The notes beneath the pieces are model-generated. The model had not been told where the DNA came from. It saw nothing but the letters and a program-made list of their open reading frames with translations, and searched no databases. The translations under genes were made by a program, and so were the position numbers. Positions 6,908 to 15,584 of a stretch of 28,452 bases of DNA are shown here, piece after piece. Within the stretch, counting starts at the first letter, position 1; each line of letters opens with the position of its first letter. Source of the DNA: a virus (taxonomy: Duplodnaviria > Caudoviricetes); the IMG/VR virus record IMGVR_UViG_3300036985_000288, positions 1-28,452 of that record; one strand, written 5' to 3'.

Positions 6908-7201
6908 ATGGAACAATTAGATTTAATATTAGCAAAATCAAATGTCACGGCAATCATTCATTCATTGCGAATATCAATTGATGAGGTGACGGAAAAACGA
7001 CCGAATGCAACCGATTACATTGATGGAATGAATAAACACATGAAATCGATGTTGGATGTGTATGCCGCCATCGAACAAATGGAAATGGAAATATCAACAA
7101 TGCGTTCGGTCATGTACAATTATCATCGTGAAAATATGGAAATGCGATTGGAAATCAAAAATTTGAAGGAACAAAATACAAACCTTTACAACGGATTATG
7201 A
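6908..7201 (+). CDS. Hypothetical coiled-coil protein
   Basis: 97-aa helical ORF, coupled to NinG. Confidence 0.65.
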   Translation: MEQLDLILAKSNVTAIIHSLRISIDEVTEKRPNATDYIDGMNKHMKSMLDVYAAIEQMEMEISTMRSVMYNYHRENMEMRLEIKNLKEQNTNLYNGL

Positions 7202-7761
7202 AAAAATGCAAACATTGCGGTGACCAATTCGAACCGCGTTTTTCATCACTTGAAAAATATTGTTGGAATCCAGATTGCAAAACCATCGAAGCAATGACCA
7301 AATTGGCACAATTGAAACGGATGGAATCACGGAATTGGAAGGAACGGAAACGGGAAATGAAAAAAGCAAACAAAACCGCATCCGATTATCGGAACGATTT
7401 GCAAAAGGTGTTTAATCAATGGGTTCGATTGCGTGATAAAAATGATGGATGCATTTCATGCGGCAAACCATTCCGTTCGAAATATGACGCGGGACATTTT
7501 TTTTCCGTTGGTTCATATCCAAATTTACGTTACCACATACAAAATTGCCATGGTCAATGTGTTCATTGCAACCATGAAAAGGGTGGCAACCTGGTTGAGT
7601 ATCGTCCCCGATTGATTGTCAAAATTGGTCAACAACAATTTGATGAATTGGAAGCGATCCGGAATCAACCTTTGAAATTGACAATCCCCGAAATATTGGA
7701 ATTGATTGACACATATCAGATGGCAATAAAAATATTTTTATCCAATTATGACCTATATTGA
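7198..7761 (+). CDS. ninG: NinG/Rap-family recombination endonuclease
   Basis: N-terminal CxxC..C; LQKVFNQWVRLRD..CISCG..YDAGHF..NCHGQCVHCN, typical of lambda NinG. Confidence 0.85.
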   Translation: MKKCKHCGDQFEPRFSSLEKYCWNPDCKTIEAMTKLAQLKRMESRNWKERKREMKKANKTASDYRNDLQKVFNQWVRLRDKNDGCISCGKPFRSKYDAGHFFSVGSYPNLRYHIQNCHGQCVHCNHEKGGNLVEYRPRLIVKIGQQQFDELEAIRNQPLKLTIPEILELIDTYQMAIKIFLSNYDLY

Positions 7762-7779
7762 TTTTAATTTTTATATTTG
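7754..7779 (+). promoter_or_regulatory. Putative early promoter 2 (-7 box TATATTTG at 7772-7779)
   Basis: TATATTGATTTTAATTTTTATATTTG, near-identical to 3184-3210. Confidence 0.7.
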
Positions 7780-7801
7780 ATGACACCAAAACGTTAAACA
7801 C

Positions 7802-7948
7802 ATGAAAAAAATGTCAACAATTGCCGAACTTGATGCCAAAATGGAACGCATCGCGGCATCCGTGAATATGACGGTTGAACAATTCAGAAAATTGCCACGT
7901 CAACGATTCATTAAAATTTGTAATCAATTTAACCTAAATAACAAATAA
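7802..7948 (+). CDS. 48-aa hypothetical protein (not in ORF track)
   Basis: Manual translation MKKMSTIAELDAKMERIAASVNMTVEQFRKLPRQRFIKICNQFNLNNK; first ORF after promoter 2. Confidence 0.6.
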   Translation: MKKMSTIAELDAKMERIAASVNMTVEQFRKLPRQRFIKICNQFNLNNK

Positions 7949-7952
7949 CAAC

Positions 7953-8522
7953 ATGAAAAGAAAAGGAATCAGTCAAACGACAATTGCCCGTTACATGGCG
8001 GCATTTATCGAAATCAAGGCGGCATTGGATGCAAATCCAAAAGCAAACACAACACCAATTGCGCGTGAATTCAAAATCGGGGCGCATCCAATTACGTTTT
8101 TGAAAAAATTGGGTGTCATTGAACACGCAAAAGGCGGTCACAAAAAATGGGTTGGAAACAATCCCAATGTTGCGATGGTCATTCAGATTGCCGAAGCGGT
8201 TCACAATTACCATGCTGAATTGCGTTCACGCAAATCAAAGGGTGAATTGTTCACCAAAACAAAGAAACAACCGCAAATCGCACCAATTGCCGTTGAAAAG
8301 GAATCACACAAAGCATGGAAGGAATCATTTGGTAAACAAATCGCGGAAAAATCGGATGTGTTGATCCAGGAACAACCATTTGACCAATCGTTGGTGTCCG
8401 AATTTATCAATCACGATGAAAAACCAAAGGTTGAACATGGCGAATTGACATCATCAAAACCAAAACCACGCACATTTGAGGTCAAAATATTTGGCATCCG
8501 TTTATTTACAATCAATTACTAA
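7953..8522 (+). CDS. Hypothetical basic protein, possible winged-helix N-terminal domain
   Basis: 189 aa; TTPIAREFKIG..ITFLKKLGVIEH..GGHKKWVG resembles a wHTH. Function inferred. Confidence 0.6.
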   Translation: MKRKGISQTTIARYMAAFIEIKAALDANPKANTTPIAREFKIGAHPITFLKKLGVIEHAKGGHKKWVGNNPNVAMVIQIAEAVHNYHAELRSRKSKGELFTKTKKQPQIAPIAVEKESHKAWKESFGKQIAEKSDVLIQEQPFDQSLVSEFINHDEKPKVEHGELTSSKPKPRTFEVKIFGIRLFTINY

Positions 8523-8543
8523 TCAAAAAAACATCAAAACATC

Positions 8544-9092
8544 ATGGAAGAACAACGAATCAATCCAGAATTATTGACGGCAATGGCGCAATTTCAATAC
8601 GAATGCCCCATCATCCACAAAACAACAAAGGGTTATGGGTATAGTTACGCGGATTTGCCCACAATCATTGAAAAAATCACCCCAATTTTGAAAAAAAACG
8701 ATTTGGGATTCACGCAATTGGTCAACGGGCAAACCATCACAACAATTGTTTTTCATTTCCCATCTGGTGGGCGAATCATGTCAACAACGGATATTATCGG
8801 GGGATTGGATTTCAAAGGGATGAACGCATTGCAATCATTCGGTTCGCAATTGTCATACATGCGCCGTTACGCATTGACATCCATTTTGGGCATTGTATCC
8901 GATTCGGACACCGATGGTCAAGGACAACCAAAGAAAAAAGCCGAAAAGCCGATGGAAAAAACATTGAACGACCAACAATTCATTCGCGCCATTTCAGCGG
9001 TTCAAAACGGGACATTGGACGCGAACAAATTAAAGGGGGATTTCAAATTAACCGAATCACAATTGGCAACATTGGGTGAAATAAATGATTAA
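8544..9092 (+). CDS. erf: ERF-family single-strand annealing protein
   Basis: GYSYADL and GSQLSYMRRYALTSILGI match the ERF signature. Confidence 0.88.
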   Translation: MEEQRINPELLTAMAQFQYECPIIHKTTKGYGYSYADLPTIIEKITPILKKNDLGFTQLVNGQTITTIVFHFPSGGRIMSTTDIIGGLDFKGMNALQSFGSQLSYMRRYALTSILGIVSDSDTDGQGQPKKKAEKPMEKTLNDQQFIRAISAVQNGTLDANKLKGDFKLTESQLATLGEIND

Positions 9093-9098
9093 ATTCGT

Positions 9099-9106
9099 TA
9101 TATTCG
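9099..9106 (+). promoter_or_regulatory. Possible -7 promoter box (TATATTCG) followed by a (TCAAAACA)x3 leader
   Basis: One mismatch to TAnnTTTG; intergenic. Confidence 0.4.
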
Positions 9107-9133
9107 CAATTCAAAACATCAAAACATCAAAAC

Positions 9134-9844
9134 ATGACACATCAATTTATCGCGAGGGCATCGCAAATGGGGGATTTAATGACGAATCCCCGTTCCAAAT
9201 CTGAATTCCTTTCAGAAACCGCAAAAAAATCCGTTCAAAAATCCGTGTTGTTTGACAAATATGGCATCACCGATGACATATCAAGCAAACCAATCGACAA
9301 AGGTATCCAATTGGAACCAGAGGGGATTGAAACCGCATCAAAGGTGTTGGGTTGGTTCGATGTTGAACCTACAAAAAAACGGATGATAAACGAATTTTTC
9401 ACGGGTGAACCCGATGTGTTGACACCAACATTGTTGGCGGATATCAAATGTTCATTTTCGGGATTAACATTCCCCTGGTTCGCGGATGAAATCCCAACGG
9501 CGGGATATTTTTTCCAATTACAAGTGTACATGGAATTGTCGGGACATCGGACATCCGAATTGGTTTATGTGCTATTAGACACACCCGAACAAATGGTGTT
9601 GGATGAAATCAATCGCAAGGTGTGGAAAATGTTGCCCGATCCGCGATATGCAAATTTTAATCAAACGGAAATCGAATTGATGGCGGATGAGGATGTGCGC
9701 CGAATGCACAATTTTAGTCACATCCCAATTGAAAAACGGGTGAAAAAATATCGTGTCGATTACGATGCGGATGTCATCCAGGCAATGCAACAACGCGTGA
9801 CATTATGCCGCGAATATTATGATGCAATTTACAATACAATTTAA
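9134..9844 (+). CDS. YqaJ/lambda-exonuclease-like recombination nuclease
   Basis: RASQMG, KGIQLE, GEPD..LADIKCS and YFFQLQVYM, a PD-(D/E)XK pattern; adjacent to ERF. Confidence 0.8.
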   Translation: MTHQFIARASQMGDLMTNPRSKSEFLSETAKKSVQKSVLFDKYGITDDISSKPIDKGIQLEPEGIETASKVLGWFDVEPTKKRMINEFFTGEPDVLTPTLLADIKCSFSGLTFPWFADEIPTAGYFFQLQVYMELSGHRTSELVYVLLDTPEQMVLDEINRKVWKMLPDPRYANFNQTEIELMADEDVRRMHNFSHIPIEKRVKKYRVDYDADVIQAMQQRVTLCREYYDAIYNTI

Positions 9845-9864
9845 CAATCAAATAAACAAATCAA

Positions 9865-10272
9865 ATGGGAACAACGAACACAATCACGGGAACCGTGTAC
9901 AAAATCGGACAAACAAATCAAGTGTCTGATAAATTCAGCAAACGCGAAATCGCAATCAAAACGGATGACACATATCCGCAAACGATATTGATTCAATTTA
10001 GCAACGATAAATGTGCGTTGTTGGACAATGTGAGCATTGGGAACAATGTGTCAATCAATTACAATTTGAGGGGGCGCACATGGGTTGGAAACGATGGCAT
10101 CGAAAAGGTATTCAACACAATCGATGGTTGGGCAATATCATTGACAAACCAGAACGCAACACCGCAACCAATTCAATCAAATCAATCCTTCCAACAAAGG
10201 GAACAACAATCAATCGTCACAAAAACGGATGCATCAAATGTGCAATTGGGTGATGATGGGTTGCCATTTTAA
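9865..10272 (+). CDS. DUF3127-family OB-fold, putative ssDNA-binding protein
   Basis: FSKRE..YPQTILIQF..NLRGRTW..FNTIDGW; Q-rich linker and DDGLPF tail. Confidence 0.8.
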   Translation: MGTTNTITGTVYKIGQTNQVSDKFSKREIAIKTDDTYPQTILIQFSNDKCALLDNVSIGNNVSINYNLRGRTWVGNDGIEKVFNTIDGWAISLTNQNATPQPIQSNQSFQQREQQSIVTKTDASNVQLGDDGLPF

Positions 10273-10283
10273 TCCTGGATCAG

Positions 10284-10496
10284 ATGAAAGCAAAAGATTT
10301 AATGAACATCAATGTGGAAACGAAACGATTGATTGCCGAATACATGGAAAAAAAGAACATGACATTGGCATCATTCGCGCGGTGTGCGGGTGTTCATCAA
10401 TCCCAATTGTGGATATACATCCATGGGGACATTAACAAAGGATTACACGGCAACACAATTGAAAAGATTGGCAAATTTTTAAATGAAAATCCGTAA
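10284..10496 (+). CDS. Cro/CI (XRE)-type HTH regulator
   Basis: 70 aa; MTLASFARCAGVHQSQLW...TIEKIGKFL. Confidence 0.75.
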   Translation: MKAKDLMNINVETKRLIAEYMEKKNMTLASFARCAGVHQSQLWIYIHGDINKGLHGNTIEKIGKFLNENP

Positions 10497-10505
10497 TTTG
10501 CCATT

Positions 10506-10793
10506 GTGAAACAACGATACAAAAACGGATTCATTACGGCAAAAGCATTGCGCGATTTGTTGGTTGATCATTATATAAGTCAACCATGTTGCAATTGGAA
10601 TGCCATCGTTCAAATATCAAAAGATTTTGGATATTCACCATTGAACGCAATCCGAATTTATGATGATACACGCAAATCAATCAAACCAATCATCCAATTG
10701 TTGCGTCAACATCATGTGTACGTTTTACACATCGAACACAATGACGAATTCACGCACACGATTACAATCATGAACCACACAACCGAAAATTAA
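10506..10793 (+). CDS. Hypothetical protein
   Basis: 95-aa ORF with GTG start, filling the gap between neighbours. Confidence 0.55.
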   Translation: MKQRYKNGFITAKALRDLLVDHYISQPCCNWNAIVQISKDFGYSPLNAIRIYDDTRKSIKPIIQLLRQHHVYVLHIEHNDEFTHTITIMNHTTEN

Positions 10794-10795
10794 CC

Positions 10796-10863
10796 TACCT
10801 TTGTAGGGATGTTTTGAAACCGCGCCCGTTGATTTAACCGTTGCCATGGCAATTGACGGGCGC
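10796..10863 (+). promoter_or_regulatory. Putative promoter (TACCTTTG 10796-10803) followed by a GC-rich leader hairpin (10822-10863)
   Basis: Consensus -7 box; GCGCCCGTTGATT/AATTGACGGGCGC stem; internal palindrome TTGCCATGGCAA. Confidence 0.55.
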
Positions 10864-10879
10864 ACAAAACGAATAAGAC

Positions 10880-11098
10880 ATGACAAAAAAACGATTCAAA
10901 ATTGCATTGGGGTTGGTATTATTGCCAATGTTCGGAATGATATATTTTATCGACCGCGCAATCCTGGTGTTCCTTCCATGGATTGACCAAAAGACAATCA
11001 AAAAATGGTTCGATGATATCCCATTGATGGTGTATTCATTTACACGCGTATCGGTGGGATGCATCATTTGGTTCATTTACCAATTGATATTTGGTTAA
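10880..11098 (+). CDS. Small membrane protein
   Basis: 72 aa with two hydrophobic segments. Confidence 0.65.
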   Translation: MTKKRFKIALGLVLLPMFGMIYFIDRAILVFLPWIDQKTIKKWFDDIPLMVYSFTRVSVGCIIWFIYQLIFG

Positions 11099-11100
11099 AC

Positions 11101-11343
11101 ATGGAATATTACGAAATATTCGATGACCTGGATCGTTGTTTTGGTGACGAATACGATGGGGCAATTGTTGGATATTGCATCGAATCACATCAACCAATAT
11201 ATTCAATCGACAAAATCGCGCGTATCGTAATGAAACGGGCAAAGATAAATTATCACGAATCAATTGATTTCATCATCAATACCATGAAGGGGTGCGCCAA
11301 TGGTTCATGTGAACCCATATTGTGTATGGATTGCGATGATTAA
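11101..11343 (+). CDS. Hypothetical phage protein (YDGAIVG motif)
   Basis: ATG 11101 lies two nt after the upstream stop, in frame with track ORF 11059-11343. Confidence 0.65.
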   Translation: MEYYEIFDDLDRCFGDEYDGAIVGYCIESHQPIYSIDKIARIVMKRAKINYHESIDFIINTMKGCANGSCEPILCMDCDD

Positions 11344-11364
11344 ACAATAAAAACACGGAACAAA

Positions 11365-11595
11365 ATGGAACAAAACATTGAACAACAAATTGATTTAGAT
11401 ATCAGCGAATCACTAAGCATAAACACCCTAATTGAAAAGGCGGAACAATTGGCATACGATGGCAATATAAACAATGCCGCCATCGGAACAATCCCCGTTC
11501 AAATCCTTTTGGTTGATGGTCGACCATATGTGTTTAGTGTCAAAATGGAAATGGTCGAATTCGAACCAGAATCAATTGATCCAGGTTCAAAATAA
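11365..11595 (+). CDS. Acidic hypothetical protein
   Basis: 76-aa ORF with an A-rich leader. Confidence 0.6.
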   Translation: MEQNIEQQIDLDISESLSINTLIEKAEQLAYDGNINNAAIGTIPVQILLVDGRPYVFSVKMEMVEFEPESIDPGSK

Positions 11596-11603
11596 CAATC
11601 AAC

Positions 11604-11996
11604 ATGGCATACGACAAAAACGAATTGATTCGGCTTTCATTGGAAGCAATCGAAAAACATCAATTGGTGTTCATCGATGAGGTCGTGACATTCATTCCAT
11701 GTTCACGCGCGACCTTTTACAATCATGAATTGGATAAATTAGACGATATAAAGGAAGCATTGAACAATGTGCGCACATCAACCAAAACGCAATTACGGAA
11801 CAAATGGCGCGATTCAGAGAATGCCGCCCTACAAATCGGATTGATGAAATTGATGGCAACCGATGAAGAACGCAAAAGATTATCAACATCCTTCATGGAA
11901 ACGCGTCAACAACACATCGCGCCCGATTTATCCAATCTAACAACCGACCAAATCATTGAATTGTTGGGGAATGAACCAGGAACAAACAACGAATAA
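11604..11996 (+). CDS. terS: Putative terminase small subunit
   Basis: Directly upstream of and overlapping TerL; HTH-like CSRATFYNH; C-terminal DLSNLTTDQI motif. Confidence 0.7.
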   Translation: MAYDKNELIRLSLEAIEKHQLVFIDEVVTFIPCSRATFYNHELDKLDDIKEALNNVRTSTKTQLRNKWRDSENAALQIGLMKLMATDEERKRLSTSFMETRQQHIAPDLSNLTTDQIIELLGNEPGTNNE

Positions 11997-13344
11997 ACGG
12001 GAAATCGTTCGTGAATTGTTGCGAATTGAATTGTGTCGAAGGTCATTTTGGCATTTTTGTTTGTATTATGACGAACAATTCTACACCGAACGACCATTTT
12101 TGAAGGATGTCGCGGATGGATTTCAAGCCATCGAGGATAAAAAAATCAATTCTTTATCGGTATCAATGCCGCCACGCGCGGGAAAATCATACATCACATC
12201 GTTGTTTTGTGCATGGACGATTGGAAGGAATCCCGAAAAATCCGTGATGCGCAACACATGTACGGCTACATTATACCTAAAATTTAGTTATGATGTTCGC
12301 GCCATCGTCAAAAACGAACGATTCAAACGTGTGTTCGCCGATGTCCAATTGTCAGATGACAAAGCCAATTTACAAGGTTGGAACACCAACAAGGCGAAAA
12401 TGGTATCATATTTCGGTGCGGGTGTTGGGGGAACAATCATCGGGTTCGGTGCGTCCAATGTCGCAATTACGGATGACCTTTATCGGGGCATCGAGGATGC
12501 ATTGTCGGACACGGTTAACGACCGAATAATCCAATGGAAGGAATCAACACACGATTCACGTTTTGAATCTGGATGTTCACGCATCGATATTGGGACACGT
12601 TGGTCATTGAATGATGTCATTGGTCGCAACATGGGACAAAACCAATACGAAAAATCGGTCATTGTTCCCGCCCTGGATCACAACGATGTGTCATTTTGTG
12701 ATGCCGTCATGACATCCGATGAATATAAAATCAAACGATTACGCACCGCAAACGAAATATGGTTGGCGGAATATCAACAACAACCCGTTGATATGAAGGG
12801 ACGTTTGTTTGCTGATTTGCAATTCATCGACAAAGCGGAATTCGAAGCAATGACGGCAACCAATCCCATTGAGGGGACAATCGCATACATTGATGTAAGC
12901 GACCAGGGAACGGATTACACCGCCATGGCAATATGCGCCATCGTAAAGAACACACCATTTGTCGTTGATTATGTGTTCACCCGTGACAACACCGATGTGA
13001 CATTGCCAATGTGCGCGGAAAAATTAACACGATGGAACGTCACATATTGCCGCGTTGAATCAAACAACATGGGTGCGATGTTTGCCCGTCAATTGCAATT
13101 ATTGACCAAAACACGGATATTGCAAGTCAACAACACGACAAACAAAATCACCCGTATCATCATGCAATCAGCATTCATCATGCACACGTTGCAATTCGTT
13201 AAAAATGGGGACAATCATTCCGAATTATTCATCCAAAATGTGTTGTCATTTAGCAAGGAAGGAAAGAATAAAAACGATGATGCGCCCGATTGCATCGCGG
13301 GATTGTCAATTTTTATGGTGTCAATGTTCAAAAATTTGCATTAA
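11971..13344 (+). CDS. terL: Terminase large subunit
   Basis: Walker A MPPRAGKS, Walker B AITDDLY, GTRW coupling motif, EYQQQP, nuclease motifs YIDVS and KNDDAPD. Confidence 0.93.
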   Translation: MNQEQTTNKREIVRELLRIELCRRSFWHFCLYYDEQFYTERPFLKDVADGFQAIEDKKINSLSVSMPPRAGKSYITSLFCAWTIGRNPEKSVMRNTCTATLYLKFSYDVRAIVKNERFKRVFADVQLSDDKANLQGWNTNKAKMVSYFGAGVGGTIIGFGASNVAITDDLYRGIEDALSDTVNDRIIQWKESTHDSRFESGCSRIDIGTRWSLNDVIGRNMGQNQYEKSVIVPALDHNDVSFCDAVMTSDEYKIKRLRTANEIWLAEYQQQPVDMKGRLFADLQFIDKAEFEAMTATNPIEGTIAYIDVSDQGTDYTAMAICAIVKNTPFVVDYVFTRDNTDVTLPMCAEKLTRWNVTYCRVESNNMGAMFARQLQLLTKTRILQVNNTTNKITRIIMQSAFIMHTLQFVKNGDNHSELFIQNVLSFSKEGKNKNDDAPDCIAGLSIFMVSMFKNLH

Positions 13345-13349
13345 CTTTG
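13342..13349 (+). promoter_or_regulatory. -7 promoter box (TAACTTTG) before the portal gene
   Basis: Exact TAnnTTTG match overlapping the terL stop. Confidence 0.5.
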
Positions 13350-13371
13350 CTAAAATCAATCCTCAAATAAT

Positions 13372-14805
13372 GTGGAAATAAACTTTTGGGAAGCATTTTT
13401 CGGTGTGAACGCGAACCGCGAAAACCGATATATCAACCAGATGCGGCGATTGTTTCCGACCGCCAATCAATTGTGGGGGGTTAAAACCGCCGTTTGGATT
13501 GATACACAAAACGCATGGGAATTGTTTATGACCATCCCCGAATTGAGGGCGGTGATTGACAAACGCGCATCAATGATGTCATCAAACAAGCCCGTAATGG
13601 TTGACCGCGATGGCAACAAGGTGACGAACCATTGGTTGTTGGATTTGATCCAGAAGCCGAACCCGATGCAATCATGGGCGGATGTCGTTTATTCATTGTC
13701 AGTCAACGATGCGTTGTATTCCAATTCCTTTGCCTATTCACCATTACGTTCGTTCAATCAACGGAACATTATGGTGACATTGCCATCGGGAAAAATGGAA
13801 ATCACAACCACGGGGCGCACATTGAAACAAATGGATGTGGATGGGTTGATTGATTCATTCAGATTTAAATACGACAACGAATCATTTGAAAAATTAGATA
13901 TCAATGATGTCGTTTATTTGACAACCGCGGATGGGATGAATCTAATTCGACCAACGTCAAAGATTGACGCGTTGAAATATCCGTTGTCAAACATCAAAGC
14001 ATCGTATCATAAAAGGAATGTATTGTTGGAAAATATTGGCGCGATTGGTATCCTTTCAGCGCAAAAATCTGATATCGGCGGTTCGATTCCAATGACACCA
14101 GAAGAAAAAAGCGAAATCCAACGCGATTGGTATTCACGTTCAAAGGATGAACTAATCATCACCGAATCGCAAGTGAATTGGCAACCGATGTCGTATCCAA
14201 CACGCGATTTGATGTTGTTCGAAGAATTGACCGCGGATAAATTGGCAATCATTGACGCATACGGATTGAACTACAATCTATTTTCATCGGATAAAGGGGC
14301 AACATTCAGCAACGTAAAAGATTCGATTCGGATGTGTTACACCGATACCATTATCCCCGAAACGCAACAAATGTATGATACCATCATGCAACAATTTAAA
14401 TTGACCGATGAGGGATACAAATTGATTGCTGATTTTAGTCATTTGCCCGTTTTACAAGATGATGAGGTGTCAAGGGAACAAGCAATGACCGCCCGTGTGA
14501 ACAATTATTCAACCATGTTGCGTGATGGTGTAATCACATCGGAACAATACGCGGCGGAATTCGGCATCGAATTGATGAAAGTTGACGCGGCAACCGCACA
14601 AGCGGCGGGATTGGCACAAGCGCAAACCCAATTGAGGGGAACCGTTGGGGGATTGGATGGAATCATCGCATTGAACACCGCGGTTTCAACGGGGCAAATG
14701 GATCGCGTGACCGCCATAAACACATTGGTAAATTATTACGGATATGCGGAATCGATTGCATCGGCAATGATTACCATGCCACAACCGCCACAAATCACAC
14801 AATAA
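13372..14805 (+). CDS. Portal protein (HK97-like) with C-terminal extension
   Basis: Lies between TerL and the protease; LIQKPNPMQSW, ATFSNV and TIIPE motifs typical of portals; GTG start. Confidence 0.88.
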   Translation: MEINFWEAFFGVNANRENRYINQMRRLFPTANQLWGVKTAVWIDTQNAWELFMTIPELRAVIDKRASMMSSNKPVMVDRDGNKVTNHWLLDLIQKPNPMQSWADVVYSLSVNDALYSNSFAYSPLRSFNQRNIMVTLPSGKMEITTTGRTLKQMDVDGLIDSFRFKYDNESFEKLDINDVVYLTTADGMNLIRPTSKIDALKYPLSNIKASYHKRNVLLENIGAIGILSAQKSDIGGSIPMTPEEKSEIQRDWYSRSKDELIITESQVNWQPMSYPTRDLMLFEELTADKLAIIDAYGLNYNLFSSDKGATFSNVKDSIRMCYTDTIIPETQQMYDTIMQQFKLTDEGYKLIADFSHLPVLQDDEVSREQAMTARVNNYSTMLRDGVITSEQYAAEFGIELMKVDAATAQAAGLAQAQTQLRGTVGGLDGIIALNTAVSTGQMDRVTAINTLVNYYGYAESIASAMITMPQPPQITQ

Positions 14806-15566
14806 TGAGAAAAGAAACGAACATTTATAGCACCAAATCGGCATTCGAAATCAAAGCAATGGACGCGGGAAAACGTGAGGTTGCAATATATTTGTCCAAA
14901 TTTGGGGTGATTGATTCCGATATGGACATGATCCAGAAGGGCGCATTTGCGAAATCCATTTTGGAACGCGGTGTCAATTCAGAATCGAACCGAAAAATTG
15001 CATTTTTACGCAACCATGATTGGGAAAAACCAATTGGAAAATTCCTAACATTACAAGAGGATGAATTCGGATTGTTCGCGGTTGCTGAATTGGGACATTC
15101 ATCGTATGCCAATGACGCATGGAATGATTACCAGGATGGCATAATTCGTGAACATTCAATCGGATTTAAATACATGAAGGACAAAATGCGATTCATCGAG
15201 GACACAAGCGCACCCGATGGGATTGGATTTTGGAACATTACCGAAGTCCAATTATATGAAGGTTCGGCGGTGTTATTTGGCGCGAACGAATTCACACCCG
15301 TTGTTGATGTCATGAAATCAGAGGAACGCAAATCATATTTCGAAAAGGTATCCAATGAAATCGATGTTTTAATCAAAGCATTGGTCAATGGCAAAGGGAC
15401 GGATGAACGTCTATACAACATGGAAATGAAATTAAAATTTTTGAACGGACAATTGTTGTCACTTGCATCCATCGAACCGCTTGATGTAAAGCATTCGAAC
15501 GAAGCAAAGCCGATGGAACAACCTGGATCGTTCGATTGGGATAAAGTAATCAAATCAATAAATTAA
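14805..15566 (+). CDS. HK97-family prohead maturation protease
   Basis: IQKGAFAKSI, LRNHD..PIG (catalytic His), HSIGF (catalytic Ser), LYEGSAVLFGAN. Confidence 0.92.
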   Translation: MRKETNIYSTKSAFEIKAMDAGKREVAIYLSKFGVIDSDMDMIQKGAFAKSILERGVNSESNRKIAFLRNHDWEKPIGKFLTLQEDEFGLFAVAELGHSSYANDAWNDYQDGIIREHSIGFKYMKDKMRFIEDTSAPDGIGFWNITEVQLYEGSAVLFGANEFTPVVDVMKSEERKSYFEKVSNEIDVLIKALVNGKGTDERLYNMEMKLKFLNGQLLSLASIEPLDVKHSNEAKPMEQPGSFDWDKVIKSIN

Positions 15567-15584
15567 AAACAAACAAAAAAAGCA

